From: an uncultured Mollicutes bacterium | GTDB taxonomy: Bacteria > Bacillota_I > Bacilli_A > ML615J-28 > CAG-313 | DNA: 64,000 nt | Direction: 5' to 3' | Assembly: GCA_900548675.1 (NCBI GenBank) | Contig: URLJ01000001.1 | Location: 73,855 to 137,854 of the forward strand | Shown: positions 1 to 10,093 of the stretch, piece by piece | Position numbering within the stretch: position 1 is the stretch's first letter | How the letters are laid out: each line of letters opens with the position of its first letter | Program-made: the position numbers and the translations under genes | The notes under the pieces: model-generated | What the model saw: the letters and a program-made list of their open reading frames with translations, nothing else | What the model was told of the DNA's origin: nothing | Databases searched by the model: none

Positions 1-140
1 ATATTACATTTAAAGCTGGAGATAGAATTGCACAAGGAGTGTTAAATATAGTACCAAGAGGGGTATTTAATCAAGTAGATGATATTTTAACTGTCGCAGG
101 TTCTAATAGACAAGGTGGATACGGCTCGTCAGGGCAATAA
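1..140 (+). CDS. dut: dUTPase, C-terminal fragment (5' end lies outside the window)
   Basis: Reading frame from position 3 translates to ...FKAGDRIAQGVLNIVPRGVFNQVDDILTVAGSNRQGGYGSSGQ*. This contains dUTPase motif IV (GDRIAQ) and motif V (R-G-x-x-G-F/Y-G-S-S/T-G). Stop codon at 138-140. Confidence 0.6.
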   Translation, partial: ITFKAGDRIAQGVLNIVPRGVFNQVDDILTVAGSNRQGGYGSSGQ

Positions 141-156
141 AAGTAGGAGGTTATCA

Positions 157-822
157 ATGAAAATAATAGAGCCATCAATAGAAGTACAAAACTTTAATGG
201 AGAACAAATAATGAAAAATATAGAACAAGCTTGTAGAACTTGTTATAGGTCAGAAGATAAGATTTCAAATGAAAGTTATAAAACTCTATTAAAAAATTGT
301 ATAACTCGTGGACACGAAAGTGTTATGGAACATGAAAAAATTACTGTAAGAATGGTTTGCGATATTGGAGTTTATAAAGATTTAACTAGACATAGAATTG
401 CATCATTTTCAATAGAAAGTACGAGATATTGCAATTACGGAAAAGATAAATTTGATAATGAAATTAAATTTATTAAACCTTGTAATATAGATGAAGATAG
501 TGATTTATATGTATTTTGGGAACATACAATGAGAAGAATAGAAATGAATTATCTTCATATGGCTGAACACGGAGCAACTCCAGACCAAATGAGAATGATA
601 TTACCACATTCAACTGCGGCAGAAGTGTGTATGACAGCTAATATTAGAGAATGGAGACATATATTAGATTTAAGAACTAAAAAAATGACACACCCCTCTA
701 TTAGACAAATTTTAATTCCGCTATTACTATTATTCAAAACTGAAATGCCAGAACTATTTGGGGATATAGAATATGACACAGATTTTGAAAAAGAAAAATA
801 TGCGACACTTACGGTGAAATAA
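157..822 (+). CDS. thyX: FAD-dependent thymidylate synthase ThyX
   Basis: RBS AGGAGG at 145-150 followed by ATG at 157. ThyX signature RHR-X7-S is present as TRHRIASFSIES. The track ORF 115..822 overlaps dut, so the internal ATG is preferred as the start. Confidence 0.6.
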   Translation: MKIIEPSIEVQNFNGEQIMKNIEQACRTCYRSEDKISNESYKTLLKNCITRGHESVMEHEKITVRMVCDIGVYKDLTRHRIASFSIESTRYCNYGKDKFDNEIKFIKPCNIDEDSDLYVFWEHTMRRIEMNYLHMAEHGATPDQMRMILPHSTAAEVCMTANIREWRHILDLRTKKMTHPSIRQILIPLLLLFKTEMPELFGDIEYDTDFEKEKYATLTVK

Positions 823-823
823 A

Positions 824-1573
824 ATGAGCAAAATTAAATATGAAGATATAAAAGATGCTGCCAGCTTTCATGGCTGGGAGCTTATAACGAAAGAATATGT
901 AAATTTACAAACTGAAATGGAATTTAAATGTCCTGAAGGTCATATTGTAAATTCAAATTGGAAAAAAGTGCGCGAAAATTTTCTATGCCCTATTTGCGAA
1001 CAAGCTAAACAACAATATGGTACAGTAGAAATAAAAAGTAAAACAAAAGGTAGTACAAGAGTGTTAGCTTTAGACCAAGCAACAAACGTAAGTGGTTGGT
1101 CAGTTTATGACAATAAACAATTAATAGCTTATGGGAAAATTAGTTTTACACAGTCTGATACTGTAGAAAGAATGAGCAAAATTCGTCAATGGTTAGTTAA
1201 TATGATAGAAAATTGGAAACCAGACAAAGTAGCTTTAGAAGACATACAATTACAAAAATTTGCAAATAAACACGGAAAAGAAGAAGGCGCAGTCACTACT
1301 TATAAAGTATTAGCGCAATTGCAAGGAACGTTAATGGTTACAATTTTTGAAAAAGGAATAATTCCAATAATCGTTCATACTGCAACTTGGCGCTCTCACT
1401 GTAAAATTGGTGCCAAATCAAGAAACGACCAAAAACGCGCAGCTCAATTATTAGTTCAAAAAAAATTTGAAAAAAATGTAACACAAGACGAAGCTGATGC
1501 AATTTGTATTGGTTTATATGTAACAGAAAAATATTTAAAAAATAACGAAATGATAGATTTCGATAGTTTATAA
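824..1573 (+). CDS. RuvC-like Holliday junction resolvase with N-terminal CxxC...CxxC zinc-ribbon
   Basis: LALDQATNVSGWSV matches the RuvC motif-I Asp. ALEDIQ and DEADAICIG match the later acidic catalytic residues. N-terminal CPEGH...CPIC. ATG starts 1 nt after the thyX stop. Confidence 0.45.
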   Translation: MSKIKYEDIKDAASFHGWELITKEYVNLQTEMEFKCPEGHIVNSNWKKVRENFLCPICEQAKQQYGTVEIKSKTKGSTRVLALDQATNVSGWSVYDNKQLIAYGKISFTQSDTVERMSKIRQWLVNMIENWKPDKVALEDIQLQKFANKHGKEEGAVTTYKVLAQLQGTLMVTIFEKGIIPIIVHTATWRSHCKIGAKSRNDQKRAAQLLVQKKFEKNVTQDEADAICIGLYVTEKYLKNNEMIDFDSL

Positions 1574-1584
1574 AGGAGAATTTT

Positions 1585-1971
1585 ATGGAAATTAGTTTAA
1601 GACAAGTGGAAGTATTAAATAACACAATACAAGAATTATTACCACTTAAATTAGAATTATCTTTAGCTTTTCAATTAGCTTCATTAGCAAGAGAAATTCA
1701 TGAAGCTTTTGATATGTTAAATACAGAAAGAACAAAAATAGTTACTAAATATGCTAAAAAAGATGACAATGGACAAATAGTAGTAGATAAAGAAAATAAC
1801 AATATGATAGAAATTCCTGATGAAGATGTGAAAAAAGTAGATGCAGAGTTAGATGAACTATTTGCAAGAAAAATAGAATTACAAAGCAATAAAATTCAAT
1901 TAGAGGCAATTAAAGATTTAGATTTAACAGTTGGACAAATTGAAGTTTTAGTGCCTTTTATAGAAAAATAA
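1585..1971 (+). CDS. hypothetical protein
   Basis: 128-aa ORF with RBS AAAGGAG upstream, followed by the bidirectional terminator at 1977-2010. Confidence 0.4.
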   Translation: MEISLRQVEVLNNTIQELLPLKLELSLAFQLASLAREIHEAFDMLNTERTKIVTKYAKKDDNGQIVVDKENNNMIEIPDEDVKKVDAELDELFARKIELQSNKIQLEAIKDLDLTVGQIEVLVPFIEK

Positions 1972-1976
1972 AAAAT

Positions 1977-2010
1977 AGGGAAGTCATTTGACTTCCCTTT
2001 ATTTTTTTTA
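1977..2010. terminator. bidirectional intrinsic terminator between convergent operons
   Basis: Stem AGGGAAGTC / GACTTCCCT (1977-1998) with T-runs on both sides. Confidence 0.6.
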
Positions 2011-2391
2011 TTCTTTATTTTCTTCAATAATTTCAGGTTCTTTTTCTTCTTCTATATCTTCATCAATTATTTCATAATTAATAACTTTTTTAGTTGTTAT
2101 AAACTTTTTATTAATTAAATTTTGGAACCATTCATATCCACCTGTTGCAGCCCATCCTAAAATTAAACCAATTGAAACTTGTTTAATAAAATCTGCCACA
2201 ATAAAAATTTCTGCTCCTGTTGCATAAATAATTCCTATTATTATAGCTCCTAAAATTGGTAACACAGTTGTTAAAAAATAATTTGGTAAAGTAGTAAATT
2301 TTTTAAACATTTCACCTAAAACTATTAATCCACCAACTATTAAAATATAATCGAATGGAATATATTCAAATACTAAATTAATTAAATCCAT
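2008..2391 (-). CDS. putative holin
   Basis: 127 aa with hydrophobic TM segments and a highly acidic C-terminus. Sits immediately downstream of the endolysin. RBS AAGGAGGA. Confidence 0.45.
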   Translation of the reverse strand: MDLINLVFEYIPFDYILIVGGLIVLGEMFKKFTTLPNYFLTTVLPILGAIIIGIIYATGAEIFIVADFIKQVSIGLILGWAATGGYEWFQNLINKKFITTKKVINYEIIDEDIEEEKEPEIIEENKE

Positions 2392-2405
2392 TAACTAAAT
2401 CCTCC

Positions 2406-3347
2406 TTAAACAACTTTTAAATATTGGCTAGAAACCCATTGATTTTCACCAATTTTTGACCAACCATCTTGTTCTTCTGTTACAGTTACAACTGTTCCAT
2501 TTTTTAAAGCTCCTACTTTTGTCCCCGCTGGTGCATTTCTAACATTTAATCCTTTAGCTGTATTAACTTTCATTTTTTTATTTGTTGTTGTAGAATGTGA
2601 TTTGCCTACTTCTGTTGTATAATCTAAACAAATCCACCCCATTCCAGATTTTAATTTACCCCAGTTGCCATTTGTTTCAACAATTGTATAAGTTCCTTTG
2701 TCTGTAATTTGTCCTGTAATTGCATATTGAGTTCCAGGTTTTTCTCTAATGTTTAAACAATTTGCAGTTACTTTTACTAAATAGCCTTCTACTGGCGCAG
2801 GAGCTGGTTCTGGTTGTGGCTCTGGTTGTGGCTGATTATTATCTAATCTTTCATTAACAATTCGAGCTAATTCCTCCATTTTACTTTTTAAGTATGGACC
2901 AGGACATGCTGTTGCCGCAAACATACTATGATATGTTAAACTTCCATTTGGTGTTCCGTCGAATTCTAATCTAAATCCGTATCTTCTACAAACGTCTTCT
3001 GCTAAATTAACTAATGAATTCCAAGCGGCTTCTGAAATAGACCAATTTCCACCAATTTCATTATTGGCAACTTCAACTGTAATTGCTTGTCTATCATTTA
3101 AAGCATTAGAAGATGTCCATCCTCTATAAGCTTCATCTACATATAAAGCTATTCTTCCATCTGTTCCTATTCCATAATTAGAACTTGCTCCTCTATTAGG
3201 ATTTTGAAATAATTTTCCACATTGTTCTACACTTAAATTACCAGCCATGTGATGAGGTGTAAATTTACATACTTTATAACCTTTTCTATCTGAATAGTTA
3301 TTAGAACTTGCAGGTACCACTACTGTAGCTAAATCAGATTTTATCAT
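2406..3347 (-). CDS. endolysin: N-acetylmuramoyl-L-alanine amidase (Amidase_2/PGRP-like) with two C-terminal SH3b domains
   Basis: N-terminal amidase-like region (FTPHHMAGN, zinc-ligand-like H/C pattern). PEPQPEPAP linker. Two repeated SH3b-like modules (GYLVKVTANCLNIREKPG..., AKGLNVRNAPAGTKVGALKNGTVV...). RBS GGAGGAAG. Confidence 0.65.
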   Translation of the reverse strand: MIKSDLATVVVPASSNNYSDRKGYKVCKFTPHHMAGNLSVEQCGKLFQNPNRGASSNYGIGTDGRIALYVDEAYRGWTSSNALNDRQAITVEVANNEIGGNWSISEAAWNSLVNLAEDVCRRYGFRLEFDGTPNGSLTYHSMFAATACPGPYLKSKMEELARIVNERLDNNQPQPEPQPEPAPAPVEGYLVKVTANCLNIREKPGTQYAITGQITDKGTYTIVETNGNWGKLKSGMGWICLDYTTEVGKSHSTTTNKKMKVNTAKGLNVRNAPAGTKVGALKNGTVVTVTEEQDGWSKIGENQWVSSQYLKVV

Positions 3348-3521
3348 TATTCTTCCTCCCCTCTATTATTTGATAATTCTTCTTCCATTTCTGGAGATAA
3401 ATAAATATCGTTTTCGTTCATTTTATTCCTCCTTGAAAAACTTATTAAAAGATATAAAATATCTTTTCTTCTTTTGTTAATGTATTATTTTCTTTTGTTT
3501 TATTCAAATTTTATAATCAAA

Positions 3522-4602
3522 TTAAGCCGTTCTTCTCCAAATATATACCGCATAATATGGTGGCATATTATTATGATTTCCTCCGTCGCACATGTAGCCA
3601 GTATTGCCTGAAACACTATGAGTATGGTCACCAACTGAACTTGCATATAAGTTACCATAGCTTGCGTTTACCCATTGATATGAATTTAAATTTAATATGC
3701 TTAATGAACCACTTTCATAAGAAACATTTAAATAACTTCCTGCGGCTCCACCATATCTAATTGTATGATAATGACTACCTCCTCCACCAGAAGTAATACT
3801 AACAGAGTGACGATGTGAAGGTATTTGCGCTGTGGTTAGAGTATGAAAATCTTCTCCACCTTTTGAACCTGCGCGCGCATTCCATGCTGTATTTTTAATT
3901 GAACCAAAATAGGTATCTGTATTTGCATCACAATTTCCTACTCCCAATAGAAATCTACCTTTAATTTGTTCCCACGTTCCACCAATTATATAAGTTGGAT
4001 TTGTATTACTAGTACTCATATAAATTGAACCAACTGGATAATGAGCTAATGCATCTCCTACATGTTGACAAGTACAAAGTACAGTAAAACCGCTCATATC
4101 AGAGACCATTGCTGTTCCCCAACCTGACCAAAGATTTTGATAACCATTAATACTCCAAGAAACATATACTTTATCAATATAAATTGTTGTATAACTCCAT
4201 TGCTGGCCTCCATTGGTAAATACTAAATAAACATAACCATCAGTCCCTGTTGCCCAATGTACATCTTTTACCATTGTTCGATTATCAATTTTACAAGTAC
4301 AATTATGATAAGCTGTATTTGTTCCATTATTACAAAAATAACAAGACGCTTCCCATTCAGTAACTCCACTATAATTAAAAAAATGTCCTTTTACTGTTAT
4401 CATAAAATTTTCATTTGATTGTTTTACATTTCCAACTTTTAATGCCAAATGTCCAGTTATACTAGGGTCTCTTGCAAACATATGACAATACAAATCAGAA
4501 AAAAATTCTGCTGTAGTTCCTACTATTTTATGGTCATTTGCGCTTCTTGGATAAAAATTATTTCCTCTTTCATCTTTTAAAGTTCCTGCATAATTTGCCA
4601 TA
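3522..4602 (-). CDS. tail fibre / receptor-binding-like protein
   Basis: Last gene of the tail-fibre run. Gly- and His-rich (GGGGSHYH). ATG (MANYAG) preferred as start; the track start is a TTG that lies inside an RBS-like AAAGGAGG. Confidence 0.3.
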
Positions 4603-4690
4603 TTTATTCTATTATTCAATTGTTGGAGGAAACAATTAAATAATTGTAACCTCCTTTTTCTCAAAAATTACTTTCATTTTAAATTTCCTC

Positions 4691-6607
4691 CTACCATGAT
4701 GATTCTACATTAAAGCCAGTCATTGGCATACCTGCTAATTGCGCAGCTCCTCCGGTTGATTCGTTATATAATCCTCCAAAACAAATCCCTTCATCTTTTT
4801 TTGCTGTAAATAAAAATTTACCAGAGGATACTGTTGTATTTTTTATTGCTCTTAAATTTGCATAACTACCACCTTCAGCGCAGAAAGCGTCGTTTATTTC
4901 AAAACGTGCATCATATTCAGTTCCTAATGTAAATTCAATTGCAGAGCCTGATGTTCCTTCTGATAATAATGGTAGGTTAGAACATCTAAAATTATTACCA
5001 TCAATTGTTAAAATACCAGAACCTAAATTATAACCTGTTTCATTAGAAGCTCCCTTTTCTTTTATCCAAACTTTCACATTTCTAATAGAATTTGCTACAG
5101 CTCCAAAATTACCATTCCAAAAAGTTCCTTCTAATGTTACGAAAGCAGATCTCCCTTCACCAGTGTTTCGAGTTATTGTTGCTACATTAATTTTAGGAAG
5201 GAAATAATCTAATAAATTAACTTCTGCAGTTCTACTCAAACCAAAATTTCTTGAATCGGTTGCGTAAATACTATAACTTTTTACAGTTACATTATTTATA
5301 GTGTGCGATGTTGCTACCGTACTAGTTTTACTTGCACTACCACCCAATGAAATATATTTATTAGTCGCATATGCTCTTGTTGTTAAAGGATTCGCTGGCG
5401 CACTTATTGTTAAACCGCTATAACCTTTAATCAAATTCAATTGTGATACATTGGTTGTTCCAGTTGCAGTATCAGAATATGATTTGGCCGCACCATTGCT
5501 CCATGAACCAGTTAAAGTTCCTATATAAGATTGAGTTTCTTTATAAGTGCATTCAGCTAATGCCGTAGGTCCACAATTTGCTTCTGATATTATTGCAACA
5601 ATTGGATAAACACTCCAAAAACTACCATAAAGACCTGTAGATTGAACAACAGCTTGTACTCCAGAAGTGGCACGTAAATCGCCATGTCCATTATATGGAG
5701 TAGTTACATTTGCATGCTCTTGGTATAATTGATTTTGTACAGTAGTATTAATAGTAAAAGTCCCTGTTTGGTCTTTCCCTTTCTTATCTCCATTAACAAC
5801 AGTCATGCCTCCAGAAGTACGTTCTAAATATGCTTTTGTCCCGCCATTGTCAGCAATTGTATAATTAGTAGTTACTGTTGCAGTTGAAGAGTTCCCTGAC
5901 CAGGCGCTCAAATAAAAATTATTTGCAGAAGCCATTCTTGCAATTTTAGATGTTGGAATTGTCCACCAAACTTCATTAAGTTGATTCGACACTGAACGTC
6001 GAATTTGCACTCCTAAACTATAATTTGTATTAGGATTTAAAGCTGACGTTCTAAAAGTGCCCGATGAAGCATTAATATCTCCTATAAAATTCCATCCATT
6101 ACCAACGCTCCACCAATGAGCATTACATGTAGCATCAGCAGTCCAATGTGCATCAATATAATCATAGTAGCCAGTCGAACCATATCCTGTAAAATTAGCT
6201 TTACGTGGCAAATTATCTAGATAAAAGGTTTTTGTACCTCCACTAACGTTAACTGCATAATCATACATTGCACCTTCAACATAGGCAGTAAAACTACCGT
6301 CTCCAGTGCTTGTATTATGATAAACAGTATAATCTCCTTCTGTAATATAAGTATCAGCATATACTTTTATATCAGATTCATTATAATATTTTTGCGCACC
6401 GTCAATTAATAACTTAATTTTTCTTCCCCAAATATAATTTCCGCTAGCAGACGAACTTCCTTTTATAGTTAATGTCCAATGAATTGTACTATAAGGAGTA
6501 TCACCATTGGCACTTCCAGTCCAATACCAGTAAAAATTTATATATCTTGAATTATTCCCGGAAGACGTTGTATAAGTGTTACTTGTAAGCGTTCCATTCG
6601 TAGCCAT
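4691..6607 (-). CDS. tail fibre-like protein (638 aa, Ser/Thr/Gly/Asn-rich)
   Basis: Composition and position within the distal tail gene run. Confidence 0.35.
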   Translation of the reverse strand: MATNGTLTSNTYTTSSGNNSRYINFYWYWTGSANGDTPYSTIHWTLTIKGSSSASGNYIWGRKIKLLIDGAQKYYNESDIKVYADTYITEGDYTVYHNTSTGDGSFTAYVEGAMYDYAVNVSGGTKTFYLDNLPRKANFTGYGSTGYYDYIDAHWTADATCNAHWWSVGNGWNFIGDINASSGTFRTSALNPNTNYSLGVQIRRSVSNQLNEVWWTIPTSKIARMASANNFYLSAWSGNSSTATVTTNYTIADNGGTKAYLERTSGGMTVVNGDKKGKDQTGTFTINTTVQNQLYQEHANVTTPYNGHGDLRATSGVQAVVQSTGLYGSFWSVYPIVAIISEANCGPTALAECTYKETQSYIGTLTGSWSNGAAKSYSDTATGTTNVSQLNLIKGYSGLTISAPANPLTTRAYATNKYISLGGSASKTSTVATSHTINNVTVKSYSIYATDSRNFGLSRTAEVNLLDYFLPKINVATITRNTGEGRSAFVTLEGTFWNGNFGAVANSIRNVKVWIKEKGASNETGYNLGSGILTIDGNNFRCSNLPLLSEGTSGSAIEFTLGTEYDARFEINDAFCAEGGSYANLRAIKNTTVSSGKFLFTAKKDEGICFGGLYNESTGGAAQLAGMPMTGFNVESSW

Positions 6608-6619
6608 TTGTTACCTCCT

Positions 6620-9600
6620 TTAGTAGAATAAAAAGTACCAATCGCCGCTTTCTGTTTGTAATTGTTTAAACACGAACGCGCCGTCTTCGCTTTTTGTTCT
6701 ATTACTAATTTTTAATTCGTCATAAATTATTGTTTTTTGTAATTGTGTTTCAGCACCAGAAATTTGAAAAACTGGATTATCCAAATCTGGTTCTTTTATT
6801 GTTTCACCCTCTACTGTTGTTGTTTCCTCTAATTGATATGCCGCAATTTGATTTTCATCAATAAACATCATATTTTGGTCTGATGAAATACTGAAACCCT
6901 TTTCATCCATTCTATATTTTTTAGAATAAGATTCATCTAAATTTTGTGTCCAATAAACACTTGTGCTATCATATTCAAGTTTTAAATCTGCAATTTCAAC
7001 ATTTCCTACAAAATTGCTTGATATTGTAGCTCCACAAATACCAATAATAACTCTAACAGTATCAATGTTAGAACTATTTGATGTATTATCATATAAATTA
7101 TTACTTAAATAATAACTTTTTGTAAAAGGATTGTAAACATAAATTTTGTTAGAACTTGAATTATAACAAATTGTAGTTTCAGCATCAGGCATAGAATTGG
7201 TTTTCGTTTGTGCGTCTGTTGTGCTTGTTGCTGTTTTAAAAGTTTCAATTGAGCGATTATAAGTTGCTGTCACAATTGTTTCTTCTAAAAGGGCGGCCGG
7301 TAATGTAACTAATCTACTATCTGATGCGCTAACAACTCCTTGAACCCCACTTGGACTTACTAAAACAATATTTGAGCCAGTTTGTGGTAAATAAGTTAAT
7401 TCTATTTGACCTTCTTCTGCGACTAAAGTTTCATTTACTTCTTTTGTTACGTGAGCTTCTGGTGTTGCTAAAGGCATTGTTTTATATATATAATCTTGTG
7501 TAAAACTTGCATTAATTTTTTTAATATTTGTTCCCTCGGCTGCCGCGTAGCAATTAATAGGTACATAATATGCATTTGTAATATATGGATTGGAACTACT
7601 TGATGTAAAACTTAATCCATTGGGTTGGTCTATTAAATGTTTATAAAAAACTAAACCAACAAAACAATTTCCTGCAGAAATATTTCCTTTTATTTTATAA
7701 GCCAATAATAAATTTTCTACATTTTCTTTTAAGTCTATTGGTGAACTTAAGATAAAGTCGTATTTAACTTCGTCTGTAGTTTTTGTACGAATTTGGAAAC
7801 TATTACCGCAGACAGTAGCTTTTCTTACTAAAGCTTCTTCATTATAATAAACATTTGAAAAATAATCTTCTTCTAAATTTTTATTTAACCAAAAATCTGC
7901 TTTAATAACTCCACTTGCAACTGCTGTTTTGTGTTGTTGCATAACGCTATTTTTTAATAAATTTACTCCTTTTGTTCTATCAAAAGAAATATCTAATGAC
8001 TCACCAGATAATAACATATTAGAAACAGTTTGTGTTAATGCTTGTGTTTTTTTTTCGTTCTCATCAACCAAAGATACTAAAGTAGTCGCTTGTTGACTAA
8101 CAACACCTAAATCTTCTTTCATTGTTTTTGTATCTGCTATTTCTTGTGCTAGTTTGTCATTAATTGCCGCAATATCATTATTTACTAAATCATTATATTT
8201 TCCAGTTAAATCTCCTTCTACTTGCGTAATTCTATCGTCTGTATCTTCTGGCGCAGGCGTCCAGTCTGTTGCTTGATTACCTTTTTCAATTTTAACTTTT
8301 TTATAAGTATTAACAACGCCATCAGAGCTTCGATAGCCAAGACGTATACCATAACAGTTTGCTGGAACTGTACAATAACCTACCAAACGAGAATATTCAG
8401 TTTTCACTGTTCCTGTTATCCATTGATAACTTGTGCGATTACCTCCTTCAACAGTAGGAAAAAATTCAATTAAACCAGTATTTCCAGTGTACTCGCTTTC
8501 ACCTTTTATATCAAAACTAATTGCCCATTGTTCTCCCGGTTCACATGCAATTAAATTAGTGCTGTTTGCCGTACCATTTAAAGCTTGGGTAAATTCTTTT
8601 AAGCTATCACGTGCGTAATTCCTTGCTCCGATTTGCAAATCATCAATACTATCGACAATACCAATTGTTAAAGTATCTAGCGCATTTGTCGTTCCTCCAG
8701 CCGCATACATTGTACATTTAACTAAATTAGTTGTTTTTGTTGGTGTATAAACTTTTGAACTTTCGTTCGCACTTGAAGTATATTTTGTTGTCCAAGAAGT
8801 TCCGTTTGAACTTTCTTGAATTATAAATCTTCCAGAATAAGCTGTTGATGTTGCACTTGTACCATCTCTATAATATGCACCAAAAGTAATTGTTGCTGGT
8901 GTTAAAGTTCCTTTCATAGAACGAGTAACTGTATTTGCGCTACTTGTTACCCAATAAGTTCTTGCAGTTGTACCATTTGTACCATTTCTACCTACACTAT
9001 AAGAAGTAGAAGTCGTATTATCTGTATAAGTAATTATTGTACGAGTCCATAAATATTGTCCCGCACTTACACTAGGTATTGATGTAACCCAGTCTCCAGT
9101 AGGAACTGTTGTTCCATTTGAAGAAACTTGATAAGTGATTGCAGTTGAACTAATACCTTTGCCTGCAGTACCTGTTTCACCCATTTTACCGATACTATAA
9201 GAAGTACTTGTTGTATTATCCGTATAGGTGATTATTGTTCTAGTCCATAAATATTGACCAGCACTTACGCTCGGTACAGTTAAACTCCATGTACCCGTTG
9301 GTGCGGTTGTTCCTGATGTTCCAACTTGATATGTTACAGTAGTTGAGCTAACACCTTTCCCTGCCGCTCCAGCAGAGCCCGTTGCACCAGTTTGCGCTTT
9401 GCTCCAGCTAAAAGTTTTATTAAATGTCTTTCCAACTACTGTAACTGGAATTGTTAAAACTCCATTATTCGCAATTGATGAAGTTAATGCAGTTGTTACA
9501 GCTACTGTAATTGAAGTATTTGTTTGTCCATTGTTATTAATTGTTGTTGTCATTCCAGCAGAGGGTTTCCCAGATATAGTACCAACTGTAGTTGCTACTT

Positions 9601-10081
9601 GTGTATTACCCTGATATCCATATACTTGAATCGTAACATTATTAGCAATAGCAGTATTATTTTTATCTGCGCGAAAAACATGTGATTCATTTGAAATAAC
9701 AACGTTGCATTCTTCATGAATTTCCGCAATTGTATATTGCGCACTTGCTTTTACCATTTCATCCCCTCCTCTATAAATTTTAAAAGTTTGTTGTTGCTCG
9801 TTGCTTAAACCATGAAATAGTAATATACGAGCATAAATATTTGTTTTTAATGTGACCGCAGCTGAATTACAACTTATACTTTCTCTATAAGTCCCATCGC
9901 TGTTATACACTCTTAGTCGCCATTCTGTAATTGTAGCGCCTTCAATTGTATAAGTGCCAGCAGGGAAGAAAATTAAATCTGAATAAATAGAATTAGGATA
10001 AGAGCTGCTGGTTTCAACAGCTCCTGTATTCAAATTTAAAAAGCCAGTGTGCCATATACCATTAAAATACTGTCTTCCCAT
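6620..10081 (-). CDS. large tail fibre/baseplate protein (1153 aa) with an internal ~62-aa tandem duplication
   Basis: Two near-identical segments (...PSVSAGQYLWTRTIITYTDNTTSTSYS...) encoded around 9010-9380. Ser/Thr-rich beta-type composition. Confidence 0.35.
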   Translation of the reverse strand: MGRQYFNGIWHTGFLNLNTGAVETSSSYPNSIYSDLIFFPAGTYTIEGATITEWRLRVYNSDGTYRESISCNSAAVTLKTNIYARILLFHGLSNEQQQTFKIYRGGDEMVKASAQYTIAEIHEECNVVISNESHVFRADKNNTAIANNVTIQVYGYQGNTQVATTVGTISGKPSAGMTTTINNNGQTNTSITVAVTTALTSSIANNGVLTIPVTVVGKTFNKTFSWSKAQTGATGSAGAAGKGVSSTTVTYQVGTSGTTAPTGTWSLTVPSVSAGQYLWTRTIITYTDNTTSTSYSIGKMGETGTAGKGISSTAITYQVSSNGTTVPTGDWVTSIPSVSAGQYLWTRTIITYTDNTTSTSYSVGRNGTNGTTARTYWVTSSANTVTRSMKGTLTPATITFGAYYRDGTSATSTAYSGRFIIQESSNGTSWTTKYTSSANESSKVYTPTKTTNLVKCTMYAAGGTTNALDTLTIGIVDSIDDLQIGARNYARDSLKEFTQALNGTANSTNLIACEPGEQWAISFDIKGESEYTGNTGLIEFFPTVEGGNRTSYQWITGTVKTEYSRLVGYCTVPANCYGIRLGYRSSDGVVNTYKKVKIEKGNQATDWTPAPEDTDDRITQVEGDLTGKYNDLVNNDIAAINDKLAQEIADTKTMKEDLGVVSQQATTLVSLVDENEKKTQALTQTVSNMLLSGESLDISFDRTKGVNLLKNSVMQQHKTAVASGVIKADFWLNKNLEEDYFSNVYYNEEALVRKATVCGNSFQIRTKTTDEVKYDFILSSPIDLKENVENLLLAYKIKGNISAGNCFVGLVFYKHLIDQPNGLSFTSSSSNPYITNAYYVPINCYAAAEGTNIKKINASFTQDYIYKTMPLATPEAHVTKEVNETLVAEEGQIELTYLPQTGSNIVLVSPSGVQGVVSASDSRLVTLPAALLEETIVTATYNRSIETFKTATSTTDAQTKTNSMPDAETTICYNSSSNKIYVYNPFTKSYYLSNNLYDNTSNSSNIDTVRVIIGICGATISSNFVGNVEIADLKLEYDSTSVYWTQNLDESYSKKYRMDEKGFSISSDQNMMFIDENQIAAYQLEETTTVEGETIKEPDLDNPVFQISGAETQLQKTIIYDELKISNRTKSEDGAFVFKQLQTESGDWYFLFY

Positions 10082-10093
10082 TTAAATCCTCCT

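Noticed and set aside
4626-4655. Large hairpin GGAGGAAACAATT...AATTGTAACCTCC between the tail-fibre genes
   Set aside because: The arms are only partly complementary (TTC vs TAA in the centre), and one arm doubles as an RBS-like GGAGG, so it may be coincidental.
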